Position numbers and translations under genes: made by a program. Below the pieces are notes generated by a model. It was not told the DNA's origin. It saw nothing but the letters and a program-made list of their open reading frames with translations, and ran no database searches. DNA of 64,000 nucleotides. Source: Octopus sinensis. Lineage: Eukaryota. The stretch lies in NCBI RefSeq assembly GCF_006345805.1, contig NC_043010.1, positions 8,990,001-9,054,000 of the forward strand. The letters run 5' to 3'. Shown piece after piece: positions 1 through 13,828 of this stretch. Each line of letters opens with the position of its first letter. Position 1 is the stretch's first letter.

Positions 1-315
1 CTACTGTCTCTACTTCTCTGATCTTCAATGCTCTCCATCATTCTTTCTCACTTTACTCCTTCCTCTCTCTCTCTCTCTAATCCTTTTGCCTTCTTCTCCA
101 TCATACACTTATTCTCTCCTCAATCATTCTCTCACTTCCGGTACTCGATCTTCTATCACTTTGTCTCCTTCCTCCTTACCAATAATCATCTGCAAGCTGT
201 CTATCATTCTCTCTGTTTATTTCCCCCCTTACACCCACCTTTATCACACTCTCACTCCCATCATATATCTATCATTCTGGTCCTCTTTGACCTCCATCTT
301 TTTCCTTCTCATTAG

Positions 316-548
316 CTAGTAAATAAAGTTCCTTACCGAGTCATATAGACTCAGGTGTATATATTCCCCACCTGGATTGGATGCTGGTCCATCACAGGAT
401 TACTCATTTTTGTCAGCTGAGTGGACAGTAGCAATGTGAAATGAAGTGTTTTGCTCAAGAACACGATGCTTTGCCCAATCCAGGAATTGAAACCACAATC
501 TTACAACCATGAATTCAACACCCTAACCACTAAACCATGCACCTCCAC
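316..548 (-). mobile_element. tRNA-derived SINE (family E), degenerate
   Basis: The reverse complement begins gtggaggtgcatggtttagtggttagggtg...gtttcaattcctgg (A/B-box-like head). Homologous copies occur at about 15430-15640(-), 16900-17100(-), 37413-37656(+) and 43915-44000(+). Confidence 0.8.
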
Positions 549-573
549 TTTCTTCTCATTAGGTATATGACAT

Positions 574-808
574 AAGGTGGTTAGCTGGCCGAAACGTTAG
601 CATGCCAGGCGAAATGCTTTGTGGTATTTCGTCCACCACTACGTTCTGAGTTCAAATTTTGTCAAGGTCGACTTTCCCTTTCATCTTTTCGGGGTTGATA
701 AATTAAGTACCAGTTATGCACTGGGGTCGATGTAATCAGCGTAATCCGTTTGTCTGTCCTTGTTTGTCCTCTCTGTGTTTAGCCCCTTGTGGGTAGTAAA
801 GAAATAGG
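574..808 (+). mobile_element. Octopus-type SINE (family B), near full length
   Basis: tagctggccgaaacgttagc...gttctgagttcaaatt...ggggttgataaattaagtaccag...ccccttgtgggtagtaaagaaatagg. Near-identical copies lie at 62801-63032 and 63369-63600. Confidence 0.9.
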
Positions 809-1670
809 TATATGACAATCATTTGTTGCTAGTGACACAAAACAAAGTACTCATTATGCTTTGTAAAGTGATTAGTAACCAACCAAAATCAATATAGAGT
901 AGAGAGCTCTCTTTAGCCTAGCCATGGACAAGGCTTCCTCTCTAGTGCTGGTGTCTTACTGAAACATATCCTATATATTCTGTAAAGTGGTTATTGATAG
1001 AAAGGATCTCCAGTCATTTGAAAAATGTTAGAAATGGAAATGTGCAAGCAAGACATAATTTCCAACGATGATGATGATGATAGCAATGATGATAATGACA
1101 ACAACAAAGACCATGATAATGAAGATGCAGATGACGATTGTGATGGGATGGTAATAATTATGATGATAACGATGATGATGATATTTAACTTTGGGTCGCT
1201 TTTGTACTCTCCTCAATGCAGTTTTCACCTGGAGCACATGAAATGCAATACATACCTTAGCAAACATGCTTTTTTACCACAAGCAAGTTTTCAGCAGTGA
1301 TCTGTTACATCAACTGATTACATATCAAAAATCTGCAACCAACCTATGTAACTTATTAAATGTAATCTTTACAGAATTGCAGGAAAGAAAAACATGCATG
1401 CAAATATGCATTCTAAAACTTATATACTTCCTCAAATATAAAATCATATATACATCATCCACTCATATATACATACATATATACATAAGTACATACATAC
1501 ATACATACATACATACGTACGTACGTACGTACATACATACATATACATATATACACATGCACACATACATATACATATATACACACGCACACATACATAT
1601 ATATATATATAGAGAGAGAGAGATGTGTGTGGGCAGTGGTAAGAGTGAATGTGTGTGTGCATATATATAT

Positions 1671-2077
1671 TCTTTTACTCTTTTACTTGTTTCAGTCATT
1701 TGACTGCGGCCATGCTGGAGCACCTCCTTTAGTCGAGCAACTCGACCCCGGGGCTTATTCTTTGTAAGCCCAGTACTTATTCTATCGGTCTCTTTTGCCG
1801 AACCGCTAAGTGACGGCGACGTAAACACACCAGCATCGGTTGTCAAGCAATGCTAGGGGGACAAACCCAGACACACAAACACAACACACATACATATATA
1901 TATATACATATATACGACAGGCTTCTTTCAGTTTCCGTCTACCAAATCCACTCACAAGGCATTGGTCGGCCCGGGGCTATAGCAGAAGACACTTGCCCAA
2001 GATGCCATGCAGTGGGACTGAACCCGGAACCATGTGGTTGGTTAGCAAGCTACTTACCACACAGCCACTCCTGTGCC
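1671..2077 (-). mobile_element. tRNA-derived CORE-type SINE (family A), full length
   Basis: tRNA-like head, CORE-like ggcatcttgggcaagtgtcttct segment, internal (TA/TG)n and (AAAAGAGT)n tail. Homologous to the copies at 22034, 30011 and 36014. Confidence 0.9.
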
Positions 2078-2671
2078 TATATATATATATGAATATAATT
2101 TTCTTTTCTTTCTTAACTAATGGCATTATCCAGGTTTTCTTATTATATATAGAAATATATATATTCCAGTTTGTAGGCCTAGGTATCTGAAATTTTTAAA
2201 GAGAAGGTCAAAGTCTTTCTAACATTTTCAAACATTTGTTCTTTTAAATTCCAAGTAGAAAAGAACACTACATAAACACTACAATCTACTTCAAGAGACA
2301 TTGGAAAAAATTTACTGTTGAGTAAAATAATTTCTTTAAAGTATTTCATAATTTTTTTTTTTTTATCTAAAAATATGTTTTCCTAGAAAATACCAAAATT
2401 GCAAGAATAATTTCTTTCATTCTACATTTGTTTATTTATCGCACACTTTTATGTATCTCAAATTGAGCCATCTTCTGATTTGGTTTTTCACAATAATTCT
2501 GAGTGAATCAACATTGTCATACCAACTGAATTTTGTCAGCAAATTTTTCTTTAAATAGCTCATTCAAAATACAATAGATTAATGTGATTGCATATTTTAG
2601 GTATTAACAAGACCCAGCTAAGCTGAATACAGCATTTTGTGCATATATACTTACACATATATGTAACTGCA

Positions 2672-3359
<688 letters not shown>

Positions 3360-3440
3360 CATGCATGCATGTATGTATGTATGTATGTATGTATGTATGT
3401 ATGTATGTATGTATGCATGTATGTATGTATGTATGTATGT

Positions 3441-3783
3441 CAAGTTCTCGTTAAAGGCCTTTGATATGCAGGACACTGACTGGGAGAACAATGCCTGTCA
3501 TCGCCACAGATGGAGGAAGCAGGTTAAGGAGGGGATCGACACTTTTGAGAGAGCACGTATCCAGCATGAAGAACTTAAGCGAGCTGTACGAAAGCGCACG
3601 GCTCGTATAGTGAATGGGAAAAGCTTGGTCTGCAATGTTTGCAGTCGTGTATGCCTGTCAAGAGTAGGGCTCATTAGCCACCAACAGAGCTGCAAATGCA
3701 AAATATAAGTTAGTCCTAGAGTGCACAATGTTCCTGAAGGTCGGCAATGGTCTTCCTTGGTCACGAGTGGATGGCCATCATCA
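3441..3783 (+). mobile_element. RTE-clade LINE, 5'-truncated 3' end
   Basis: Encodes ...DWENNACHRHRWRKQVKEGIDTFE...VCNVCSRVCLSRVGLISHQQSC*, matching the RTE/BovB-like C-terminus with its CxxC...H zinc knuckle. It has a short 3' UTR and sits inside a (TATG)n array. Confidence 0.85.
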
Positions 3784-3859
3784 TGTATGTATGTATGCAT
3801 GCATGTGTGTGTGTGTGTGTGTATATGTTTGTATGTATATACATGTATGTATGTATATT

Positions 3860-3996
3860 TTTCTTCAAGTGGCCATAACTGAGATCTCTTTTACAATGCT
3901 TTACCAGGAACCTCTGTCCAGCATTAGCTTTGGTAGATCCTCACTTTCATTTTCATGCTGTATACCTCTGCTAATGACATCAGCGAGTATGTATGC

Positions 3997-4033
<37 letters not shown>

Positions 4034-4130
4034 ATCATACATGCAGAAAAGTCTATGTACACAAACATCGCATCTGGAGTATTGTCGCTCTCCAATAACT
4101 GGAAATATTATCCTTTCCTATAAGTTATGA
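3860..4130 (-). mobile_element. Possible highly decayed RTE-like ORF C-terminus
   Basis: The minus frame ADVISRGIQHENESEDLPKLMLDRGSW*SIVKEIS resembles the 'D.I.RD.G....L...M.DR..W..IV' end of RTE-like ORFs. It is interrupted by (CA)n. Confidence 0.3.
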
Positions 4131-4827
4131 TTTCAAAAGATAAACATTTTTCAAATTGTAAAACTGTTAAGCTTTTGCAAATAGTATATAATTTCTAAAA
4201 AAAATGATATTTAACATACATTTGTAAATGATATAGATTTGAAAATGTTAAACATATGAGAGTGGTATACAAAGTTCCAAAGGTACATAATTGAAAATGA
4301 TACGTACATATATATGTAATAGACATATACATTTGTGTATGCATGCATACATGTATATATATATATGCATGCATGTATGTATGTATGCGTGTATGAATTA
4401 TGATTGTATGTATGAATGTGTGTATGAATGTATGAATGTATGTATGAATGTTTGTATGTATTTACGTATACATGCACGTATGTATTTATGTATGTATTTA
4501 TGTATTTATGTATGCGTGCACGTATGTATGTATGTATGTATGTATGTATGTATGTGATAGTTTTATATTTGAAAATGACATTTGCAACTGGTATACAATT
4601 GAAAATGTTACTTATTTAAAACTGGAATATATTGGAAGTTGGGATATTCATAGAAATTGGTGTATATTTCTAGATAGTAATCTAAAATAAAAATTGAGGA
4701 TAAAATTTGATGGGAAATGAACTCTTTGTTTCTTTCTAATAAAGAAAATAACATATTTAAGATGAAAGAAGGTGGAAGAAGAAAAAGGAGCATAGAGACA
4801 GTGTCAAAGTAGAGAGAAAGAGTGAGG

Positions 4828-4871
<44 letters not shown>

Positions 4872-4945
4872 CAGACAGAACAGATAGATAGATAGATAGA
4901 TAGACAGACAGAACAGATAGATAGATAGATAGATAGATAGATAGG

Positions 4946-5025
<80 letters not shown>

Positions 5026-5061
5026 CAGACAGAACAGATAGGTAGATAGATAGATAGATAA

Positions 5062-5134
<73 letters not shown>

Positions 5135-5151
5135 CAGACAGAACAGATAGG

Positions 5152-5215
<64 letters not shown>

Positions 5216-5235
5216 CAGACAGAACAGATAGGTAA

Positions 5236-5300
<65 letters not shown>

Positions 5301-5309
5301 ACAGATAGG

Positions 5310-5364
<55 letters not shown>
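4828..5364. repeat. (GATA)n array with periodic GACAGACAGAACAGATA interruptions
   Basis: About 540 bp of GATA with six copies of the variant cassette. Confidence 0.97.
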
Positions 5365-5365
<1 letters not shown>

Positions 5366-5731
5366 GAAAGTGGGGGGTTGGGAAATGTAGGATGATTTGC
5401 TAAGAAGATATATGGTGAGATGTTCAGGTAGAGAAGATGGTTGGATGAGAGATAGTGGCAATAAGGAAGAAAGGCCGTGCGATAGAAGCAGTGTGTACTA
5501 TAGCCAGGGAATGAAAGTGAAGGAAAGTTGGGAATAAACAATTGGAAAGAGTGGAAGATAGAAACAGGGAAGAAGAAAAAGAAAGTAAAAGTAGACTAAG
5601 AGAAAAAGATAAAGATATGAAAGGGAAGATGTGCCATCCAGAGAAAGAGAAAGAAAAGATGAAGTTTTAGAAGAAGAAGAAAAGGGACAGTGTAATTGAA
5701 AAAGTGAGAGTTTAGATAGACAGAAAGATAT

Positions 5732-5762
<31 letters not shown>

Positions 5763-5799
5763 AGGAAAGGAGGAAAGAAAGAAAAGGTAAAGTTGAATT

Positions 5800-6150
5800 G
5801 TTTTTGCTGTGTGTTTCCAGAGAAGATGTGTATTCTTTTGTTTGAGCCATTGCATTACTGCTGCAGTTATATGGCAGCAGCGTTGTGTCGTTTGCTTCTG
5901 CGATGCCAAGTCAATAAAAGAGAGAGAGAAAGAATAGTGGACTCTACTTTGCTACCAACTACCGTTTGTTTGGAATGTGTGCTGGAACTGAGAAAAAGCT
6001 GATTAATTGTCACATGGAAGGAGAACAGAAACTCTACATTTGATTTCGACAGCATTTGCCTAAATTAAATAGAGAGAAAAGCCACAAATGTAAACTTACT
6101 CACATACCGGCAGACATAGATAAAACATACAAGTGTTCCACTAATTAAAT
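5800..6150. other. Duplicated non-coding element, copy 1 (copy 2 at ~50050-50410)
   Basis: Aligns to 50050-50410 at an offset of 44250. 5936-6035 is identical to 50190-50289. Confidence 0.9.
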
Positions 6151-6461
6151 TTTTTGGTATCTTTGTTTTTTACAATTAAACTGAATGTTTCGTCCCTAAA
6201 ATGGATGTTTTTTTTACTTGTATTTTTTTTTCCTGTATTTACATTACTTAATTTTTATTTATATGTTCTTCTTGTCATGAAATAAAATTGATTGAAATGT
6301 AATGGAAAAGTAAAAGGAAAAGGAAAAAAAAGAAAGGTAAAGAAATGATGAAATTGTAATTTACAAAGATAAAACTTTTACAAGAATTAAAGTATTAAAA
6401 TAGAAAACAGAAATTAGAAGATGACAATAGTTTTATTTTTATTAAAGTTAAACAAAAACAA

Positions 6462-6577
<116 letters not shown>

Positions 6578-7459
6578 GAATTAACAAATTATCCTTTCAG
6601 AGGCTTTAAAACTTGTTCTCTTCCTTTAGAAATAAAATTGCCATTATAATGAAAGACAAAGTTCTTGTTTTAAATTTATCTTAAATGCTGTGTCTTTCAA
6701 ATGTTTGACATTTTATTCAGCATTTTGTTATTTCTTTGGGTTCTGTTTTTACTAATATTCAGTTTTGTTTCTGTTAATTACAATTAAGGACCCAATAACA
6801 GAATTATTGTGAGTTGGAGAAACTTCGATAAACCGGGATTATCCAAGTTATTAGTAAACAAGATCTCCCTTGAGGGATGTTTAAAATCTAAAATCAACAA
6901 GCAGAGAGATAACTGCAATAAGATCAGACGATTGCACGACGATGCATGGGAAACACTTTTGCATTAAAATCTAAGAAGCTGTAACCATACTGATGAACTA
7001 AGTGGTAAAAATTGATGTGGCTGTTTTTGTCAACATATTATCTCTTGTCAGGCCTGACTAAACTTACTTATGATCAAATGTATTATAGCCATGATCATTC
7101 CATCTCTTCAAAAATAATATGTCTGTACCATGTTATCTATTGCGTTCTTTTCATTTTGCCATTTTAAGATGGTATGGTATGACTTGAGAGATACTTTGTT
7201 GCTATTTCTAGTAAGTTGTATGACCTCATTGGCTGGTACACACACACACACACACACACATATATGTATGATATGCTGATTTTGAAAGTGCATGAGTGGT
7301 AATCTACCAAATTATGGCAGTGCACATGTATGATGCACCAGATGATGTTTACACATGTGTGATATGCACAACGATGAGTGTGCAGATGGTAATACATCAC
7401 AAGATAATAAGTGCATGTGAGTGTTATATGAGTGTTTGTTGATGACAATGGGTGATATG

Positions 7460-7617
7460 TCATCATCATCGTCATCCCCCTCCTCCTCCCCTCCTCCTCA
7501 TCATCATCATCACCATCATCATCGTCATCATCCTCCTCCTCATCATCATCGCCATCGTCGTCATCATTATCATCATCATCATCATCATCATCGTCGTCAT
7601 CATCATCATCATCATCG

Positions 7618-7669
<52 letters not shown>

Positions 7670-7790
7670 AATCATATATCATCATCATTATCATCCTCAT
7701 CATCATCATATATCATCACCATCATCATCATCATTGTTGTCATTGTCGTTGTTGTCTTTGCCGTCGTTATTGTCATTGTCATCATCATTA
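7460..7790. repeat. (CAT)n/(CGT)/(CCT) trinucleotide mosaic
   Basis: Directly visible; it explains the poly-H/poly-D/poly-M ORFs. Confidence 0.95.
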
Positions 7791-9000
7791 TTGCTTTAGT
7801 GTTTACTTTTCCATGCTTGCACGACTCAGATAGAATTTGTTGAAGTAGAAAGAGATACATTTTCTATCATCAACCCTCACCTGATTCCAAGCAAGATTAA
7901 TGTTTCCCTATGACATTTTACAAGACCTGTGAGACTGTTGGGTAGGAGTGGGTTAGGTGTATTCAAACTACAAACCAGGCCTAAATGCTGTCAACAGAGT
8001 AGAGGGGATCTTCTAAAGGAACCAAAGTGACCAAGTAATGGCATCAAATCAGATGAGGGACGATGTCTACCAACCAAGACTTTTGGCTAGTTGGCAAACA
8101 TTTTATGATATACAGGGCAGGCCAAAACTCAGGCACAAAATAAATTCAGTCAAAGATATGCTTCAATTTTTCTAAAATTATATAAAATAGGTAAAATAAT
8201 GATGAATACACATGTTGAGTAACTTTTGTGTCTACCCTATAGTTTAGTAGAAATGCTCCAGAGACATGAGCATGGCCAATATGGTTAAGAGGTTTGTTTT
8301 GCAACCACAGGGGTCCAGGTTCAGTTCTTCCTCATGGTAACTGAGGTAAGTGCCTTGTAATGCATCTAGTAAAATTTCCATTGATCAATGCTTTGTGAAC
8401 AGAATTTCGTTACACACACATGCATATACATTTATGCGTGCATGTGTGTGTATGGGTGTGTGTAAGTGTGTGCATGAGTGTGTGTTTGCAAGTGTCTATT
8501 TATTCTTGCACCAACACTGCTTACAAATTGGTGCTCTTTGTTTGTGTCTGCCTATAACTTCAGTAAATGGAGCTAAGTAGCAAACACAGAAGTACTATTA
8601 AGATCGATTCCATTCACCAAAATCATTTAAGATGGTTGCCCCAGTAAGGCCACAAGGGAATAAATAAACCAAGTAAAATGTTAAATAAATAACAAATATA
8701 AACAATCATTTCCTAATTGACATAATATTTCATTTAAATAATAATTATTTCCAAATTTTTTATGAACTGGAGAAAACAAAATCTGTTTATTAGGATGCTG
8801 TCCCATCAAATATTTATTCTGTATCATGGAAGACTTAAGCACTTCAATTACTTGGAGAAATAAATTATGAGTAAAGCTCTTTGCTCTTGCCTATCTACAC
8901 AACACAGAAGGAGCCTCTATATAGTTACTCAACTTGCTAGAAATAGCAGTTAAATTTCCAATGAAATTTCCAATGAAATTTTCACTTCATATATATATAT

Positions 9001-9084
9001 AGTAGAAGACACTTGCCCAAGGTGCCACGCAGTGGGACTGAACCCAGAACCATGTGGTTGGTAAACAAGCTACTTACCACACAG
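9001..9084 (-). mobile_element. Family A SINE 5' fragment
   Basis: agtagaagacacttgcccaaggtgccacgcagtgggactgaacccagaaccatgtggttggtaaacaagctacttaccacacag is the reverse complement of the family A head. Confidence 0.85.
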
Positions 9085-9557
9085 ATATTATTTAAATGAA
9101 GTATTATATCAATTAGGAAATGATTGCTTATATTTGTTATTTATTTAATATTTTACTTGGTCTAGTTATTGAACTGTACCCTTACTGGAGCAACCATCTT
9201 GAATGATGTAAGCATGTCAGTGTGATAAAGAAGCTTACATTACAACCATGTGATTTTAGGATTTTGGTTTCAGTCCCACTGCATGGCACCTTGGGCATGC
9301 TCTGGATCAACCGATGCCTTGTGAGTGAATTTGGTAGATGGAAACTGTATGGAACCCTGTTGTGTGTATGTTTTATCTTTTACCTGTTTCAGTCATTAGA
9401 CTATGGCCATGGAGGGGCACTGCTTTGAAGATTTTTATTTGAACAAATCGATCTCTGTGCTTACTTTTATTCTTACGCCTTATATTTATTCTGCAAGTCT
9501 CTTATATATATATACATACATACATACATACATACATACATACATACATACATACAT

Positions 9558-9596
<39 letters not shown>

Positions 9597-9664
9597 CATA
9601 CATATATATATATGTATATATATATATATGTATATATATACACATATATATAATATATATACAC

Positions 9665-9699
<35 letters not shown>

Positions 9700-10560
9700 T
9701 TATATATATATATATATATAAACATACACCTATACATACATCCATGCATACATACGTACATATATAAGTGCATTCTCTCTTTCTCTCTCATACACATGCA
9801 CACACTCAAACATTACATATGCATACACCTGTGCATACCTACACATTCACACACATAGATACATAATATATATATATATATACATACATGCATATACACA
9901 CATATATATATAAAGATATCTACCTATCAATCTATATATATATATATATATATATACAGACACACGCACACACATATATAAACATACATGTATGTACACA
10001 CGCACACACAATAAAACTTCTAAAGAAGCTAAAGATGGAACGAAACTTTTCAGAGTTGGTAATCATGGAAAAGTAGAGGCAAATTAACTGAGTTGGCTGT
10101 AAAAATTGGTGAGGTCATTATTCCGTAAATCAATGTTCAACTTCACTGCCACTGATATTACACGAAATCATGCTTTTGTTTGTTGGTTCTGAGCGTCTTT
10201 AATTTCAAGAATTTTGCCGAAGAAATGTTTGGTATCGATAAAAAGATGTTATGTCTGTAGTAGAAGAGTTAGGAGAAGGACGTCGTTATTAATTTTTCTT
10301 TGAATAGTCAGGATATTGACTTTGGTAGGCAAAGATTGAAAGCGAAAGGAAAGAAGGAAAAAAAAAATAAAAGAATAAAAAAAAATAGGAGAAAAGAAAA
10401 GAAAAAAATAAATAAAAAAATAAAAAAAAGAATTTGTTTATGGGTTCATTTACTAGGATCTGAATCGGAGTCCGAAGTGTAAGAAAAAAGACATTGCCCG
10501 AGGGAGTTCTGAAGACATGTTGACAGTGAACGAACTTTGACATGAAGAAGGAAGCCAATG

Positions 10561-10583
10561 AAAATAATAATAATAATAATAAC

Positions 10584-10629
<46 letters not shown>

Positions 10630-10652
10630 TAATAATGATAATAATAATAATG

Positions 10653-10685
<33 letters not shown>

Positions 10686-10793
10686 GTAATAATAATAATA
10701 ATAATAGTAATAATAATAATGATAATAGTAATAATAATAATAATAGTAATAATAATAATAATAGTAATAATAATAATAATAGTAATAATAATA

Positions 10794-10861
<68 letters not shown>

Positions 10862-11044
10862 TAATAATAATAATAATATAGTAGTAATAATAATAGTAAT
10901 AATAATAATAGTAATAATAATAATAATAGTAATAATAATAATAGTAATAATAATAATAATAAATAATAATAATATAATAATATAATAATAATAATAATAA
11001 CAATAACAATAATAATAATAATAATAATAATAGTAGTAATAATA

Positions 11045-11075
<31 letters not shown>

Positions 11076-11115
11076 TAGTAATAATAATAATGATAATAAC
11101 AATAATAGTAGTAAT
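10561..11115. repeat. (AAT)n array with periodic AGT variants
   Basis: Directly visible; it is the source of the 355/255/218-aa poly-I/L/Y ORFs. Confidence 0.97.
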
Positions 11116-11579
11116 GAAAATCAAGACTTCTCTTACAAAAAAAAAGAAATATAAAAAAAAAATATGATACAAAGGAAGAAACAGATGGCAAAAAAAGAAG
11201 AAAAACAAAAAAGAAATCAATAAGCTCTAGCAAGACCTTGCCAGGAAAGACATATTTGGAGCTTATGATTAAAAAGAAAAACCACGAAGACATCACAGAG
11301 GCAGGCAATACGCAAACAATATCGTCGCTATTCAGTATTTGGTGCAGTGTTGGCAATTACACACATACACATATATACATATATGCACACACACACGTGC
11401 ATGCACATACACACATACACGCATACATGCACATACACACATACACATATATACACACATATATATACACACCTTGTAACACCGAAGATAATATAATTAA
11501 CAGAAAAACAATCATAGCTTTATTGAGTGATTGCAAACAACTTCAAAGTAAAATAGCTGTGAATAGTGTGTTTGTATGG

Positions 11580-11822
11580 AAGGTGGTGATGGTGATGGTG
11601 GTGATGGTGGTGGTGGTGGTGGTGTTGGTGGTGATGGTGGTAGAGAGGTGGTTGTGAGGTGGGGGGTGGGGGGTCGCAGTGGTGGTGATGCAGCCGATGA
11701 TATAACACAAACACACCGTGAGTTGTGTGGAGTGATGATGATTATGATGATGATGATGATGATGATGATGATAATGATGATGATGATGGCAATGATGACA
11801 ATGATGATGATGATGATGATGT

Positions 11823-11857
<35 letters not shown>

Positions 11858-12440
11858 GCAATGATGACAATGATGATGATGACGATGATGATAATGAGAA
11901 TGAGGATGGTGATGATGATAATATGATGATGTTTGTAGTGGTGATGTTGGTGGCAAGGTGACTGCGGTTGTGGTGGCATTGGAAGTAGTGACAGCAATAG
12001 TAGTGGTTGTGGTGATGAGGTGTTTATGATGTTGCTGGTGTTAGTAGTTTTAGTAGTAGTAGTAGTAGTAGTGGTAGTAGTAGTATTAGTAGTAGTAGTA
12101 GTAGTAGCAGTAGTAGTAGTAGTAGTAGCAGTAGTAGTAGTAGTAGCAGTAGTAGTAGTTGTAGTAGTGGTGGTGGTGGTGGTAGTGGTGATGGTGATTA
12201 CAGTGACTGCTGTGGTGTTAGTGGTGGCATTTTTGGTACAAGTGGTAGCAGTGGTAGTGTGGTGATTGGGGTTATAATAATAGTGGTAGTAGGGCTACAG
12301 CTGAAAGTAGTGGTGTCAACTGTGGTGGTGGTAGTTGTGGTGGGGTAATAGTGAGGGTGTTGATGCTGGCAACACTAGCGGGTGTGACGATCATGCAGTG
12401 GTCAATGGTTATGGTGGCGGTGGTAAATGTGGAGTATGTG
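11580..12440. repeat. (GGT)/(GAT)/(GTA) trinucleotide mosaic, G+T-skewed
   Basis: Directly visible. Confidence 0.93.
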
Positions 12441-12469
12441 GTGGTGGGAAGTCTTTATAGTACACATAG

Positions 12470-12950
12470 GGTCACAGTAATTAAAAAAGGGTAAAGATCC
12501 ATCCTTCAGTCATGAATGACCATGGGATTGTACCTAGAAAGTTATCCACTGAGGTACGTGCTTAGGGCATCAAAGGAAAGAAGGGGTGCCACAGAAATTG
12601 TAAATGGTTTACAGCACAAAAGAAATCACTTTGAACTTGCTAAAATAAGATTCAGGATTCCTTTATCTCTACTAAGTATAGATGCAGATGTGTTTCATAA
12701 GATTAATTTTGAGGAGCTGATCAAATACTTTGCAATTCAAAAAAGAAGGAGGAAATATTTCAAATATAAATAAAATGGAAATATACAAAAATAAACATTA
12801 TTTTCTCTCTTACTGATTTCTTTTGTTCTGAAAGATAAAAGTTTATTTTATGGTTTGTTGTTTTTTTATATTTTGAATTACATAATCTTGTATGGGGGCA
12901 CCAAAATCTTTTAAGTGCTTATGGCCTTTATGGGCCTGAATCCAGCTCTA
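12470..12950 (+). mobile_element. hAT DNA transposon remnant: transposase dimerisation-domain end plus right terminus
   Basis: Frame ...RFRIPLSLLSIDADVFHKINFEELIKYFAIQKRRRK* matches the hAT C-terminus 'RL..L.LLSIE......IDF..II..FA..K.R'. The downstream ggggcaccaaaatc...gggcctgaatccagctcta resembles a decayed hAT right end. Confidence 0.75.
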
Positions 12951-13610
12951 CCATGATGAAGGATTTGATAGTTTTGGAACCTAGAAAATCTTTGGTCAGA
13001 AATGGTTGAAGTGGTGTTAGATGGTTGTTGTATTTGTGTTTTTAGTGTATAAGAAAATGTATAACATGACAAGGACTGTGGATGATGACAATGATGAGGG
13101 TGATGCTGATGATGCTGATGAGATCACGATTATGATGATGATGATGATGATGATGACCATGATGATTACCATGATGCCAATGTCAATGACACTGTTGCTC
13201 ACAACAGTGATGACAATGATAAAAACAAAGGTGACAATCTTGGCAAAAGTGGTACTAGCGGGCGAGGTGGTAATGACGACGACGATGATGATGATGTTGA
13301 TAATGATAATGATGATGATGATGAGGATGATGATGTTGATGATGATGATGATTGTTATCGATGTTGTGATATGTCTCATAATGGAAAAGCTCAGTATCAA
13401 AAATGACAAGGCCCTTGACTAATAACATTCCGGTCCCTAGTTTAACATCTTCAACTGTAGTCAGCTGGGATAAGACTTAATGCTGCAAGAAAAGTCCTGG
13501 GAGGAAATTCTTCACCTTGGCTTGTGTAAAAGCATATTTGGCTTTGGTCCACGAGTGACATCTTTTGATTGTGGGATGCATGCATTTTCTACATTATTCT
13601 TCTTCATCAA

Positions 13611-13828
13611 GGTGGCAAACTGGCAGAATCATTAGCACGCTGGTTGAAATGCTTAGCAATATTTTGCCCGTCACTACGTTCTGAGTTCAAATTCTGCTGA
13701 GGTCAGCTTTGCCTTTCATCCTTTTGGGGGTCGATAAATTAAGTACCAGTGAAACACTGGGATTGATGTAATTAACTAGTTCCCTCCCCCAAAATTTCAG
13801 GCCTTGTGCCTATAGCAGAAAGGATTAT
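13611..13828 (+). mobile_element. Family B SINE variant
   Basis: ggtggcaaactggcagaatcattagc...gttctgagttcaaattctgctgagg...ccttgtgcctatagcagaaaggattatt tail. Confidence 0.85.

Noticed and set aside
3870-4123. Plus-strand 117-nt exon plus a 60-nt intron and terminal exon
   Set aside because: The splice-like signals border microsatellites, the peptide is unrecognisable, and the minus strand is better explained as a decayed RTE-like end.
6789-6966. Open frames on both strands after a ttaag acceptor (GPNNRIIVSW... or a 20-nt DPITEL exon)
   Set aside because: It is short, has no recognisable homology, and the exon readings are mutually incompatible; this is within chance for unique AT-rich DNA.
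10289-11356. Longest ORFs (355, 255 and 218 aa; also 245/234 aa at 4.8-5.5 kb and 244/249 aa elsewhere)
   Set aside because: They are stop-free readings of AAT, GATA, CATA and GT microsatellites giving poly-I/L/Y or YLSI/MYVC repeats, with no real protein domain.
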